The notes beneath the pieces are model-generated. The model did not search any database, was not told the origin of the DNA, and was given only the letters and a program-made list of their open reading frames with translations. From NCBI GenBank assembly GCA_965223795.1, contig CBDCXL010000002.1, positions 2,240,001 to 2,304,000 of the forward strand: 64,000 nucleotides of DNA, given 5' to 3'. The stretch is from Nitrospinales bacterium (lineage in GTDB: Bacteria; Nitrospinota; Nitrospinia; Nitrospinales; VA-1). The translations under genes and the position numbers were made by a program. This document shows positions 48,616 through 58,756 of the stretch, piece by piece. Positions within the stretch are counted from its first letter, which is position 1. Each line of letters opens with the position of its first letter.

Positions 48616-49113
48616 ATGCCTTACAAACGGGCCATCCTGCTTTTCACGCTGTGTGTGTTCAAAGCGAGCGTGTTTGCCGCCGTCGCGAAGGCGGACACTC
48701 CGGCGCGGCCGCATTTGAAAAAACAAGACACGTCCATCCCCAAGGAGCCGGGGTGGAAAGATCCCTCCTACCGCGGCTGGGAAGTCATGAACATCCCCGG
48801 CCTCATCTCCACCTATTACGATCTGGATTCGGACGGGAAACTGGACTACATGGTCATCCGCAAAATCCTGCGTAAAGCCTCTTCGGAAGAGGTGAGCATC
48901 GAGCAGGCCATTGCCATTGCAAAGCACGACTCGATGAGCGTATACTTTTCCAATCCAGTCATTTATTTCACTCACCGGAATCCCTTGTTTTACTGCCTGG
49001 GAGTGGATTTCAGGAAAAACTGTCGCGATATCTGGGTGGACATCGCCGAAGACGGTTTGAATGGCAATGAAGAACTCTACACTCTGTCGACGCCTCTGCC
49101 GAATGTCCGTTGA
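48616..49113 (+). CDS. Exported hypothetical protein with a DxDxDG Ca-binding-like motif
   Basis: Signal-peptide-like N-terminus, DLDSDGKLD. Overlaps the start of the next gene. Confidence 0.7.
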   Translation: MPYKRAILLFTLCVFKASVFAAVAKADTPARPHLKKQDTSIPKEPGWKDPSYRGWEVMNIPGLISTYYDLDSDGKLDYMVIRKILRKASSEEVSIEQAIAIAKHDSMSVYFSNPVIYFTHRNPLFYCLGVDFRKNCRDIWVDIAEDGLNGNEELYTLSTPLPNVR

Positions 49114-50683
49114 TAAAAAAACCTTACTGGCTCTGATCTGCGCAGGCGGCCTGCTGGCGGGCGGGACGCTGGTGTTCGCGCATTCACAGAAACGCGCGCC
49201 CGGCGTGTTCGATTCCGAAGCGTCGTCTTCGGTGCACACGCACGGCCACAGCCACAAGGCCGAACCCGGACAGACACTGGGGGAAACCGTCTACAAGCAC
49301 ATGTGCGTGTTCTGCCACGGCAGCGACGGCAACGGCGGCGGCAAGGCGATGGCGTATCTCTACCCCTGGCCGCGGGATTTCAGAAAGGGCGTGTTCAAGC
49401 ACCGTTCGACGCCCAGCGGATCGCTGCCGCTCGACGAGGACATCGTGCTGACCATTCAGCGCGGCGTGCCGGGGACCTCCATGCCGGCCTGGCGCAATGC
49501 GCTGTCGGAAGAAGAGACGCGGTCGGTGGTCGACTACATCAAAACGTTTTCCAAACGCTTTGAAACGGAAAAGCCGAAACCGCCCATCGTCGTTGAGAAG
49601 GTGCCCGAAACCAGCGCGGAAGCCATCGCCAAGGGCAAGGCGCTCTACGAAGAGCTGCGCTGCGCCCGCTGCCACGGCAGCGATCTCAAGGGCGGCGGGC
49701 CGCTTGCGGACGAGCTGTACGATATCTGGGACCACCGGGTGTTCGTCTACGATCTGACCAACCCGAACACCTATAAATTCGGGCGGGAGAAAAAGGACAT
49801 CTACATGACGCTGTCCACGGGCATCGACGGGACCCCGATGAAATCCTACGGCCATCTCACCGAGCTGGAACGCTGGAACCTTTCCGCGTTCATCAAGTCG
49901 CGCGTGCGCGAGGAGGCGCTGCAGCCGGCGAAATACGAAACCGATCTCAACACGAAACGCGTCGAAGGGGAGATCGATCTCGATCCGGACAATCCGGTGT
50001 GGAAGGACATTCCCGTGCAGGTTGTGCACACGCTGCCGTTGAGCGCGCGCAGCAACCCAGTGAACCGCATCCAGTTTCAGTCGGTGATGAACGAAGAGGG
50101 CATCGCCTTCCGCCTGTCGTGGGACGACGCCGCGCCGGACCGCACTTCCAGCCGCCACCAGGATTTCAAGGACGCGATCGCGCTGCAATTTGCATTGGGC
50201 GACGTCCTGCTGCACACGCACGGCCACAACGAACCGTTCTTCGGAATGGGGAACCGCGGCAAGGTGGTCAACATCTGGCAGTGGCGCGCGGATTGGCAGA
50301 CCGAAATCGAAACGCGGGAAAAACTGGAATACGCCACGAAAGGCATGGATCTGGACACGATGATCTTCGGCGGAGAGGTCAATCCGGTGGACGCGCTCAA
50401 TCCGTTCCGGGATGTTCCGGTGGAAGAGATGAACGCGGAAGGGTTTGGCACCTTGACACCGCAGCCCCAAACCAAGCAGAATATCCTCGGGAAAGGGCGC
50501 TGGGAAAAAGGCAGCTGGAAAGTCGTCTTTTACCGAGCTCTCGACTCGCTCAACAAATGGGATGTGAAATTCGGCAGCGAGCAGCCGGTGCTGGTGGCTT
50601 TCGCCGTGTGGGACGGGGCGCATCAGGACCGCAACGGCCGCAAGGTGATCTCGATGTGGCAGCGCCTGAATATTCCTGAATGA
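49103..50683 (+). CDS. Di-haem cytochrome c fused to an ethylbenzene-dehydrogenase gamma (EbdC)-like haem b domain; alternative NxrC candidate
   Basis: CVFCH and CARCH. C-terminal DAIALQF, FFGMG, NIWQWRADWQ, AEGFGTL, FAVWDG...RNGRK. Confidence 0.85.
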   Translation: MSVDKKTLLALICAGGLLAGGTLVFAHSQKRAPGVFDSEASSSVHTHGHSHKAEPGQTLGETVYKHMCVFCHGSDGNGGGKAMAYLYPWPRDFRKGVFKHRSTPSGSLPLDEDIVLTIQRGVPGTSMPAWRNALSEEETRSVVDYIKTFSKRFETEKPKPPIVVEKVPETSAEAIAKGKALYEELRCARCHGSDLKGGGPLADELYDIWDHRVFVYDLTNPNTYKFGREKKDIYMTLSTGIDGTPMKSYGHLTELERWNLSAFIKSRVREEALQPAKYETDLNTKRVEGEIDLDPDNPVWKDIPVQVVHTLPLSARSNPVNRIQFQSVMNEEGIAFRLSWDDAAPDRTSSRHQDFKDAIALQFALGDVLLHTHGHNEPFFGMGNRGKVVNIWQWRADWQTEIETREKLEYATKGMDLDTMIFGGEVNPVDALNPFRDVPVEEMNAEGFGTLTPQPQTKQNILGKGRWEKGSWKVVFYRALDSLNKWDVKFGSEQPVLVAFAVWDGAHQDRNGRKVISMWQRLNIPE

Positions 50684-50800
50684 ATATCGACACAACCCGG
50701 GCGGCGTGACACCGCCGCTTGAATGGAATCCCATAGCCGCGGCCGTATAACAACACCGCGGGGAAATTTTTTTGACACCTAAACGTTAGGAGGATGTCTC

Positions 50801-52432
50801 ATGTCCGATGACAAACGAGACCCTGAAGAGGAGCGGGAAGAGACCACGGAGGTGGCGGACTCCCAGGGCACCAACGGCGATGAGAAAAACGCCCTGGTTG
50901 AATCCGATGCGGACATGGATGCCGACGAAATCGACGAGTTCGAAGAGGACGAGGACGAAGTCGATGAGCTGGATGAAACCGACAAGGAAGAGGAACCGGA
51001 AACCGGCGCCGTCCTGGTGATCGGCCAGGGGGATTTTTCCATGTGCCAGTCCAACCGCGGCGCGGACGATCCGGGGGACAACACGCTTTCGGAACCTCAG
51101 TTCATCCACAAGTTCGGCGAGTATCTGTTTGTGTCCGACCGGGGCAACCACCGTGTGCTGGTCTGGGAACAGCCGCCCGAGGAAAACGGAGAACCCTCGA
51201 GCCTGGTGCTCGGACAGGAGGACTTCGCGGATTTTCTGGAAAACCGCGGCATGACCACCACGCTCGATGAAATGACCTCCGGACTGGGGGATGAATCGCT
51301 CGACGGGTTCACGATCAGCAAGGCGGAAGAGGACACGATGTCGCAGCCCGCGGGCATCGACGTGATCAACGGAAAACTGTACGTGGTGGACAGCGGCAAC
51401 CACCGCGCGCTGCGCTGGGCGGGCCTGCCTTCGGAAGACGGCGAGCCGCCGGTTCTGGTTTTCGGACAGGACAACCTGGACGACAACGAAGCCAACCGGC
51501 GCGGTCTCATCGGCTCCGGGTCGCTGTTTTTCCCGATCGGCATCCATTCCGGCGACGATCAGCACATCTTCATCGCGGACAAGGACAATCACCGCATCCT
51601 GATCTGGAACAAGATCCCCAACTCCAACGGCTGGAACGCGGACCTCTGCCTCGGGCAGGGGGGCATGGACGAACGCGAGCCGAACCGGGGTGAATTCGAC
51701 AACGTGGGCCCGGACACGCTCAGTTTCCCGACCGGGGTGTTCTATGACGCCGAGCGGGACAAGCTGTTCGTGATCGATCAGGGCAACCACCGCCTGCTGA
51801 TCTGGAACAAGCTGCCCAACGAAGTCGGCAAACCGGCGGATGTGGTGATCGGGCAGAAGGATTTCAACAGCCGCGAGCCCAACGCCGGCATGGGCAACCG
51901 CAGGCCCAATGCGGAAGGGCTGTATTTCCCCACCCATGTGGTCTGCGGCCGTGTGGGGTTGTTCGTTTCCGACACGAACAACAACCGGGTGCTCTACTGG
52001 AAAGAGGTTCCGACGGAAAACGGGCAGCCCGCGGACCTGGTCCTGGGGCAGACGACCTTCATGGACAACCGGGTCAACCGCGGCGGCGACGCGACCGGGA
52101 GCACGCTCAACGATCCCTTCGGCTTGTTTCTCGAGGAAGACCCGGAGGAGGATTTCGACGAAGAGGAAACCGCCGGGGACGGTGAGGGACTGGAAGGTGA
52201 AGAAGGCGAAGAGCCGAAGCCGAAGTTCAAGCTGTACATCGCCGACCGGGGCAATTCCCGTGTCGTCGTCTGGGATGAGCTTCCCTATCCCAAGGAAGAG
52301 GAAGAGGACGAAGACGAGGAGATGGACAACGAGCTGGATATGGACGATCCCAACACCCTCATCGGCGAGGACGACGAAGACGATTTCGTGCCCGAGGAGG
52401 AAGAGGAGGAGCCGCCCGTGCCCTCGGTGTGA
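50801..52432 (+). CDS. Cytoplasmic NHL-repeat protein with highly acidic termini
   Basis: Repeated D.GNHR.L.W...P...G.P...V.GQ. D/E-rich N-terminus, internal loop and C-terminus. AGGAGG RBS. Confidence 0.85.
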   Translation: MSDDKRDPEEEREETTEVADSQGTNGDEKNALVESDADMDADEIDEFEEDEDEVDELDETDKEEEPETGAVLVIGQGDFSMCQSNRGADDPGDNTLSEPQFIHKFGEYLFVSDRGNHRVLVWEQPPEENGEPSSLVLGQEDFADFLENRGMTTTLDEMTSGLGDESLDGFTISKAEEDTMSQPAGIDVINGKLYVVDSGNHRALRWAGLPSEDGEPPVLVFGQDNLDDNEANRRGLIGSGSLFFPIGIHSGDDQHIFIADKDNHRILIWNKIPNSNGWNADLCLGQGGMDEREPNRGEFDNVGPDTLSFPTGVFYDAERDKLFVIDQGNHRLLIWNKLPNEVGKPADVVIGQKDFNSREPNAGMGNRRPNAEGLYFPTHVVCGRVGLFVSDTNNNRVLYWKEVPTENGQPADLVLGQTTFMDNRVNRGGDATGSTLNDPFGLFLEEDPEEDFDEEETAGDGEGLEGEEGEEPKPKFKLYIADRGNSRVVVWDELPYPKEEEEDEDEEMDNELDMDDPNTLIGEDDEDDFVPEEEEEEPPVPSV

Positions 52433-52464
52433 ACCGGGCTTCGAACATGATTTACATTTTCACC

Positions 52465-52495
52465 AAGGCCCGCGGTTGTTTCCGCGGGCCTTTTT
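52465..52495 (+). terminator. Rho-independent terminator
   Basis: AAGGCCCGCGG-loop-CCGCGGGCCTT followed by a T-run. Confidence 0.85.
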
Positions 52496-52529
52496 ACTTT
52501 GAGCGGGGCGTTCCCGCTATTGACGACCG

Positions 52530-53051
52530 ATGCCGAAACTGATTGTCATCCAGGGCAGCCTGTCCCAGGATTCGAAAACCGCCGTCGTCGTTCGGGAAAC
52601 CGAGCGGATTCTCAAAGACCGGGGTCTGGATTTTGAGACTCTCGACCTGCGCGCGCTCGAGATGGAATTCTGCGACGGCCGGCCGCTCGCGGAATACAAC
52701 GCCGACATGCAGCGGGTGTACGGGCTCATGAATGAGGCGGACGGGTTCATCTTCGGGATGCCTGTGTACTGCTGGTCGGTCTCCGGAGCGCTCAAAAACC
52801 TGATCGACATCACCGCCGGCGCCATGAACAACAAGGTGGCGGGGATTCTGTGCAACGCGGGCGGCAACCGTTCGTTTCTCGCCTCGTCGGACCTGGTGAA
52901 AATACTGTTGTACGAATCGGGCGTGCTGACGGTCCATCCCACCGTCTATTCCACCGCCGAAGATTTCGACGACGGCCGTCTGGTCAACCCCAAGGTGGTC
53001 GGCAGGATCGAAGGCATGGTCGACGCGCTGTTCAAACTGCTGCCCGCCTGA
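52530..53051 (+). CDS. NADPH-dependent FMN reductase (flavodoxin fold)
   Basis: IQGSL...SKT, ADGFIFGMPVY..SVSGALKNLID. Confidence 0.88.
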   Translation: MPKLIVIQGSLSQDSKTAVVVRETERILKDRGLDFETLDLRALEMEFCDGRPLAEYNADMQRVYGLMNEADGFIFGMPVYCWSVSGALKNLIDITAGAMNNKVAGILCNAGGNRSFLASSDLVKILLYESGVLTVHPTVYSTAEDFDDGRLVNPKVVGRIEGMVDALFKLLPA

Positions 53052-53094
53052 TCCGATACGCGTTTCCCCGCAACATACCCTCCGCGGTGCGCGG

Positions 53095-54114
53095 TCAGTT
53101 GCAGTAAGGCGGAATGCCTTCCTCCACCCATTCGCCGGTGCGGCCGCTTTTGATGTTTTCCCGGTTTTTTAAGATTCCCCGCGCCATGATTTTGCTCGAG
53201 GCTTCGAACTTTTTCAGGATGGTTTCCGGCGGGTCTTTGAGCAGGTTGCCGAACAGCGGCTGGCACTGCAGGTTGCCGACGTCGCAGCAGGGGGTCATGC
53301 CGCCGTCCTGGCGGACGGTCATGATGTCGATGGAACCGCGCGCCGCCGGGCACTCGATGAGGTAGAGCTGGCCGGGGAACGGCGTGGACTGCATGGCGCG
53401 CCGGCCGTTGGCGTCCACCTTGAACGCGGGCAGAAGGTTGATGCCGAAGATGAACTCTTTGGTTTTGGCGAACGCGCCGGTGTCGCCCATGCGGGCGAGG
53501 TATTCCCGTTCACTGCAATCGGGGTTGCTTGCCAGCAGGGCGTTGAGTTTTAACAGATATTGTTGCAGCAGGTCCGTGACCTCTGCGTAGGGCCCTTCCT
53601 CCCCGGTGAAAAAATCGAGCAGGATACCCAGCTGCCGCTTGAGATCCTCCAGGTTTTCGAACACCACGTTGACGAGAATCCGGTTTTGCAATTTGAGCAG
53701 CTTTTTCAGCAGCGGTTTCTGAAAGCGCTCCCAGGAGACCGGATACAGCGTGATGTCGATCCTGCCGCCGAGCTCGATGATCTCCACCAGCCGCAGCCAG
53801 CGTTTGGACTTTTCGGAATTGATGTCCAGGTTGGTGTGCAGGCAGACGTTGGGTGTGACGGTTTTGAAGATCTTGAAGATCTCGACGATGTGCGGGTTCT
53901 GCGAGGCTTCGCCGCCGGTGAGGTTGATCTCCTGCTGGGCCAGCGTGTTGAGCACGTCCACCTTGCGGATGCTGTCGGCCATGGTCCGCGCGTCTTCGGG
54001 AGAAAGATGCCATTGGTCGCGCGGCAGGGTCCCGACCGGTTCGTACACGTGGCAGTCGACGCACTCGTCCCGGTTGTAGCGGTTGCAGCTGGCTTCGACG
54101 AAAATGCTGAGCAT
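53095..54114 (-). CDS. Radical SAM protein with atypical Cx7Cx2C motif and a C-terminal twitch/SPASM-like domain
   Basis: CNRYNRDECVDC, LTGGE, HTN, CP...TVRQDG.MTPCC...FGNL. Confidence 0.75.
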   Translation of the reverse strand: MLSIFVEASCNRYNRDECVDCHVYEPVGTLPRDQWHLSPEDARTMADSIRKVDVLNTLAQQEINLTGGEASQNPHIVEIFKIFKTVTPNVCLHTNLDINSEKSKRWLRLVEIIELGGRIDITLYPVSWERFQKPLLKKLLKLQNRILVNVVFENLEDLKRQLGILLDFFTGEEGPYAEVTDLLQQYLLKLNALLASNPDCSEREYLARMGDTGAFAKTKEFIFGINLLPAFKVDANGRRAMQSTPFPGQLYLIECPAARGSIDIMTVRQDGGMTPCCDVGNLQCQPLFGNLLKDPPETILKKFEASSKIMARGILKNRENIKSGRTGEWVEEGIPPYCN

Positions 54115-54243
54115 GCGACGCCCCGATTACGTTGGAAAGGGGTTCCCGGTCCGTTGCCGGATTTTAATTCTTTATTATAGACGGTCGCTGCGAAGGCAGC
54201 CGCAAGGGAATCGGCCCGGCGCTTCGGGCGGTCCGGCTTCGGT

Positions 54244-55626
54244 TCAGCGAAGGTGCAGCGCCGTGAAAGCGATGGGCGGCGGCGGTGCGTTGAACGCCTG
54301 TTTCAAGTCGTTTTCCCGGTAGCCCAGACGGCGCAGCGATTTTAAAACCGAGAACACTTCTTTTTCGGTGACATAAGCTACAGTGTCGGGAACACCGTGA
54401 GGGTTCAGGCCCTTCACCGCCTTGGCGATCTGCTTTTTCTGTTTTTTGGGCGTGCCGGGAAGGGCCGGGTACTGCATTTTGCGGTTGTACGGGCTCCGGT
54501 ACGCCCCGTTGAGGGCGGACAGGGTGGCCAGCATGAGCAGGTCGCGGTCCCAGGGCTGCATGCGGGGCACCTCGGGGTGGTGCTGCACGATCTCCACGAG
54601 GCTTTGCACGCGGCTGTTGAGATTGCGGCCGACCAGGGTGTGCTGCGGTTCCTTTTCGACATGGGGGAACCCGGCCGCTTCGCCCACACGGGCGAGCAGC
54701 TCGAAATTGACCATGGACGTGTACTGGCCGCCGTACAGGTTGAAATAGGGCCGGCCTTCCTCGTTCAGCTCCTTCAGCGAAAACATGCCGTAATCGAAGC
54801 CCGTGTAGCCTTGCCCGTCCGGGCGCAGCAGCCGGCGGGCGCGCTCGAGCGTCACGAATGCGCCGGTGTTCACCGGAATGGGGATCTCGTCGCGGATCTC
54901 TTCAAGGTGCGCCTGCAACGTTTGCGCATGCGGCCAGTCGCCGGGATCGACGCGCTGAAAACTGCGTTCCCAGCGGATGTCCGCAAGGAACGGCGGACTC
55001 TGTTTCAGCGCCTCAAGATCCCCTGCGTTGAACATTTCCTTAAAGGAAGTGAAGTCGATGTCGATGTGCGCCGGATCTAGCGTGGGCTGCAGGAATTCTT
55101 CGTAGACGCTGCCTTCGTGTTTGAGCAGGACGCGGGTGGCGAGGTCGTCCCAGATTTCGTTGCTCAAAACTTTATCCAGGCATGCGGACCGGAAGCAGTC
55201 GAGCCGGCCCGCGTCCACGCGCACGGTGGAAAAGCGTCCCGCGTGTTCCTTGAGGAAGGGGTTGTTGCGGGCGCCGCGCAGGATCTCTTCCGAGTAGTCG
55301 CACAGCACGTAATGGGTGTGCGGATACACCGCGCCTTCGCTGTCGATCTGCTTGAGCCGGGTGAGAAAGCAGGCGGCGAGGTTGCCGTTGCCGACGCCCC
55401 ATTCCTGGATGAAGCGGAGTGTCGGGTCCGCGCCTTTGCTGCGGCCTTCGAAATAGGCGTCGGCGAGGGCGTGCGCCAGGCGGTGGTCGCGGCTGACGTA
55501 GGTCTGAAAATGATCGTGGATGGCGGGGCCCAGCGTGCCGTAAAAGATCGCGTTGACGTGAATCTGCCACTGGTCGGCGGGCTTGAAGTCTCCAAGCGGC
55601 AGGCAGGGGTTGGGTTCCGTCCGCAC
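54244..55626 (-). CDS. MidA/NDUFAF7-like SAM-dependent methyltransferase
   Basis: EWGVGNG.LA, LSNEIWDDL, FDYG, T..VNF. Confidence 0.75.
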   Translation of the reverse strand: MRTEPNPCLPLGDFKPADQWQIHVNAIFYGTLGPAIHDHFQTYVSRDHRLAHALADAYFEGRSKGADPTLRFIQEWGVGNGNLAACFLTRLKQIDSEGAVYPHTHYVLCDYSEEILRGARNNPFLKEHAGRFSTVRVDAGRLDCFRSACLDKVLSNEIWDDLATRVLLKHEGSVYEEFLQPTLDPAHIDIDFTSFKEMFNAGDLEALKQSPPFLADIRWERSFQRVDPGDWPHAQTLQAHLEEIRDEIPIPVNTGAFVTLERARRLLRPDGQGYTGFDYGMFSLKELNEEGRPYFNLYGGQYTSMVNFELLARVGEAAGFPHVEKEPQHTLVGRNLNSRVQSLVEIVQHHPEVPRMQPWDRDLLMLATLSALNGAYRSPYNRKMQYPALPGTPKKQKKQIAKAVKGLNPHGVPDTVAYVTEKEVFSVLKSLRRLGYRENDLKQAFNAPPPPIAFTALHLR

Positions 55627-55660
55627 AATCAGCGCTCGGCCTTAGCTGGGAAGCCGAGGG

Positions 55661-56797
55661 TCATTTGGGCTCCGCGCCGTCTCCCAGGGTCTCCATACCG
55701 GCGGCGTTGCCTTCCATGCTGCCGCCGTCGGCGTAGCGTCCGCTCTTGGAAACGCCTCCGGGGATGTGGGCGGGGTTTTCGTCTCCGCCGCCGCCTTCCT
55801 CGCCGCCGGAGGTGTTCATTTCGTGCATCAGTTTTTCATAGGAGCGGAAGGCTTCCTGCGATTCTTCGATGCGCCCGGCTTCCTTGTAGCAGTTGTACAG
55901 GTTGAACCAGGCCAGCGCGTCGCTGCGGTTGAGGGTGGTCGCGATCTTGTATTCCTTGATGGCGCTTTCCAGGCGGCCGAGGGTGGCGTAGAGGCTGCCC
56001 AGGTTGGTGTGGGGCAGGTTGTATTCCGGGTCCAGCTCGCTGGCTTTCTTGAACGCGCCCACCGCCTCGTCGGTCATGTTTTTCACGGCGTAGCAGCTGC
56101 CCAGGTTGCAGTAGGCCTGCGGGTCCTTGTCGTCCAGCTCCACCACGCACAGCGCGGCGTTCAGCGCTTCATCGTAATGGCCGCCGTTGTAGTAGGCGGT
56201 GCTGAGCGCGGAACGCAGCTCGCGGTCTTCGGGGCTGAACATCAGCACCTTCTTGAGCACCCGGACTTCCTCGTCGTACTTCTGCTGGATGTCGTAGGCG
56301 GCGGCCAGGTTGGCGTAGGCCATCGTGTCCATCGGGTCGAGCTCGACCACTTTCTGGAAACTGCGGACGGCGTTTTCGAAGAATTCCTTGAGCATGTAGA
56401 CCCCGCCGAGGTTGAAGTGGATCTCCGGGTCGTCGGGGGCGAGCTCGGCGGCGCGGTTCAGTTCGCGGATGGCTTCCTCTTCGTGGTTCGACAGGCTGTA
56501 TGCGGTGCCCAGCAGCTTGCGGGCGCGCACGTTGAGCCGGTCCTTGTTGATCACGTTCTGCAGCTCCGAAATTGCCGCATCGAAATTGCCGCCGTCGATG
56601 TAGTAGGTGGCGAGCTCGTTGAGCTTGTCCAGGTTGTTGGGATCGTTCTTGAGTTCCTTCTTCACCTGGCGGACCGCTTTCATGATCTTGGTTTCCAGCT
56701 TGATCTGCTCCGGATCCCGCACTCCCAGCTCCTCGAAAATCTCGGGAGCGATCTTCATGGTGACCCAGTCGCCGGGTTTATTGCCGCCTTCGCTCAT
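55661..56797 (-). CDS. Cytoplasmic TPR-repeat protein
   Basis: About 8 TPRs (HFNLG, YANLA, YCNLG, HTNLG). Gly/Glu-rich tail. AAGGAG RBS. Confidence 0.9.
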   Translation of the reverse strand: MSEGGNKPGDWVTMKIAPEIFEELGVRDPEQIKLETKIMKAVRQVKKELKNDPNNLDKLNELATYYIDGGNFDAAISELQNVINKDRLNVRARKLLGTAYSLSNHEEEAIRELNRAAELAPDDPEIHFNLGGVYMLKEFFENAVRSFQKVVELDPMDTMAYANLAAAYDIQQKYDEEVRVLKKVLMFSPEDRELRSALSTAYYNGGHYDEALNAALCVVELDDKDPQAYCNLGSCYAVKNMTDEAVGAFKKASELDPEYNLPHTNLGSLYATLGRLESAIKEYKIATTLNRSDALAWFNLYNCYKEAGRIEESQEAFRSYEKLMHEMNTSGGEEGGGGDENPAHIPGGVSKSGRYADGGSMEGNAAGMETLGDGAEPK

Positions 56798-56842
56798 AAT
56801 GCTCGAACTCCTTGAAATAACGGATTGCGTTTGTGTCTCTGA

Positions 56843-56871
56843 ATTCTAGGGGATCACCCGCGGGGTGTCAA
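56843..56871 (-). promoter_or_regulatory. Sigma70 promoter of the TPR-methyltransferase unit
   Basis: TTGACA-N17-TAGAAT on the minus strand. Confidence 0.7.
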
Positions 56872-56950
56872 GCCCGCGCCGGTCGCCATGACAAGCGCCC
56901 GTCGCCGAGCCCGGAACCGTTGATATCGCCTGTTTTAAAAGGCCGTCGCT

Positions 56951-58756
56951 TCAGGTCTGGGCGGTGAGTTCCTCGTCCTTGGCCATGTCGAGGATGGCGT
57001 CCCGGCCGAAGCGGTCGAGGTAGAGCAGGAAATGCTCGCGCGACAGGTAGTTCCAGATCCGGCGCGAGGGGAAGTTTTCCTCGATCACGTCGTTGAAGTT
57101 TTCGAACACCGCCTGCACCTCGTCTTTCGGCATGCCCTCGTCGATCTCGTAGTCGAACATGATGGCCATGTCGCGGTCGGGGTCGTGCACGATGCGGCCG
57201 ATCTTGAATTTTGCGGGATTGTGGTAGATGGCGGAGTCCTTTTCCAGGGTGAAGATCGACTGGCCGACGGAATGGATGATGCCGGTGCCGTTCTCGCTGT
57301 TTTCTACGGTGAAGCGGATGGTGTCCTCGGCCTCTTCGCGCTGCTCGGTGGGGAAGCCGAAGAATAGGTAGAGGTGGTTCCAGATGCCGGCGTTGGAGCT
57401 GTTCTCCAGAACCAGCCGCTCGGTTTTCTGGTCGCAGCCTTTGTCGATGATCTCAAGGATGCGGTCGTTGGCGCTTTCCAGTCCGAAGAACAGCATGATG
57501 AATCCGGCGCGGCGCATCTCCTCGAACAGCTGCGGCGTTTCGACGTTGCCGGATTCGAACTTGAGCATGCCCAGCGCGCGCATGTCCACGCCCTGCTTGA
57601 GAATGGCTTTGGACATGCGGGAAAAGGCGTTGGGCGAGATCGCCTCGTCGGAGAAGGTGAAATAGCGGGTGCCGTGGCGTTTGCCCAAATAGTCCAGATC
57701 TTCCGCGACGCGCTCTTCGTTTTCCTTGCGGTAGTACGAATCGTAAATGAAGCTGTGCGTGCAGAAAGTGCATTTGCCCCAGTAGCAGCCGCGGCTCGCC
57801 ATGTAGGGCAGCACGGGATAGGGCATCAGGTATTTGTCGAGCGGCAGGCCGTCGAAATCGGGCCGCACCAGCATGTCGTAGGGCAGGGACTTGGCCTTGT
57901 CGTTGTGCACCACCCGGCCGTTGTCCAGGTGAATGAGATTGGGCACGCTGTGCAGCGGGCGGTTTTCCTTGAGATGGGCGATGAGCTGGTCCAGCGGGTG
58001 CTCGCCCTCGAACAGAATGATGCTGTGGAAAAATTCCTCGAACAGGATCTGCTTGTCCTGCAAAATGTCCTGATGACGGGCGAACACGCTGCCGCCGATG
58101 ACGATGTGCAGGTGCGGGTGCGCCTTGCGCAGCTCGCGCGCCAGCGTCAGGCCGGGAATGACCTGCCCGACGTGGATGATGGAAATGCCGACGAGGCCGT
58201 AGTCCTGCCAGCCGATCTTCGGCAGCAGGTGGTCGCGGTACACGCCGAGGAACGGGTTGCGCACGGCGTCCCGGGTGGCGGACAGGATGCCGGGCAAATG
58301 TTCCTCGGGGGTGCCCTGCATGAAGAAGCCTTCGAGATCGATGCGGCTCGGAAAATGCGCGTAGGAGACGAGCTTCATGGCGATCTTCAGGGTGGTGTAG
58401 GCTTTCTTGTACAACGGAAACTGGAAAAACAACTCTTCGGTGCGCAGCACGTCCAGCGCCTCGTCCACTTCCGACAGGACCGATTCGAGGTAGCCCGGGT
58501 CCGATAAGATCTGCTTGTAGACGGCTTTGACCTCCTGCTCCTCGGGAGAGTAGGCAGGCTGCGCGAGGCGCGCGCGAATGGTTTCGACGCAATGCTGCAA
58601 ATAATCGCGCGACAGGAACAACTGGTAGGTCTCGATGTTGAAATCGAACTGGTCGACCGGGTGCCCCTTGGATTTCAGATAGGCGGCGAGGGTCGGCAGA
58701 GCGAGGTAGGGCTGGCTCGGATACCATTGCGGTGGAAATACCAGTGCCGACTTCAT
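56951..58756 (-). CDS. Cobalamin-binding radical SAM enzyme (class B methyltransferase-like)
   Basis: N-terminal B12 domain (PYLALP.LA, VGIS, IVIGG), SRGCYWGKCTFC, FSDE, FGLES, FGFPTE. ATG at 58756. Confidence 0.88.
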   Translation of the reverse strand: MKSALVFPPQWYPSQPYLALPTLAAYLKSKGHPVDQFDFNIETYQLFLSRDYLQHCVETIRARLAQPAYSPEEQEVKAVYKQILSDPGYLESVLSEVDEALDVLRTEELFFQFPLYKKAYTTLKIAMKLVSYAHFPSRIDLEGFFMQGTPEEHLPGILSATRDAVRNPFLGVYRDHLLPKIGWQDYGLVGISIIHVGQVIPGLTLARELRKAHPHLHIVIGGSVFARHQDILQDKQILFEEFFHSIILFEGEHPLDQLIAHLKENRPLHSVPNLIHLDNGRVVHNDKAKSLPYDMLVRPDFDGLPLDKYLMPYPVLPYMASRGCYWGKCTFCTHSFIYDSYYRKENEERVAEDLDYLGKRHGTRYFTFSDEAISPNAFSRMSKAILKQGVDMRALGMLKFESGNVETPQLFEEMRRAGFIMLFFGLESANDRILEIIDKGCDQKTERLVLENSSNAGIWNHLYLFFGFPTEQREEAEDTIRFTVENSENGTGIIHSVGQSIFTLEKDSAIYHNPAKFKIGRIVHDPDRDMAIMFDYEIDEGMPKDEVQAVFENFNDVIEENFPSRRIWNYLSREHFLLYLDRFGRDAILDMAKDEELTAQT

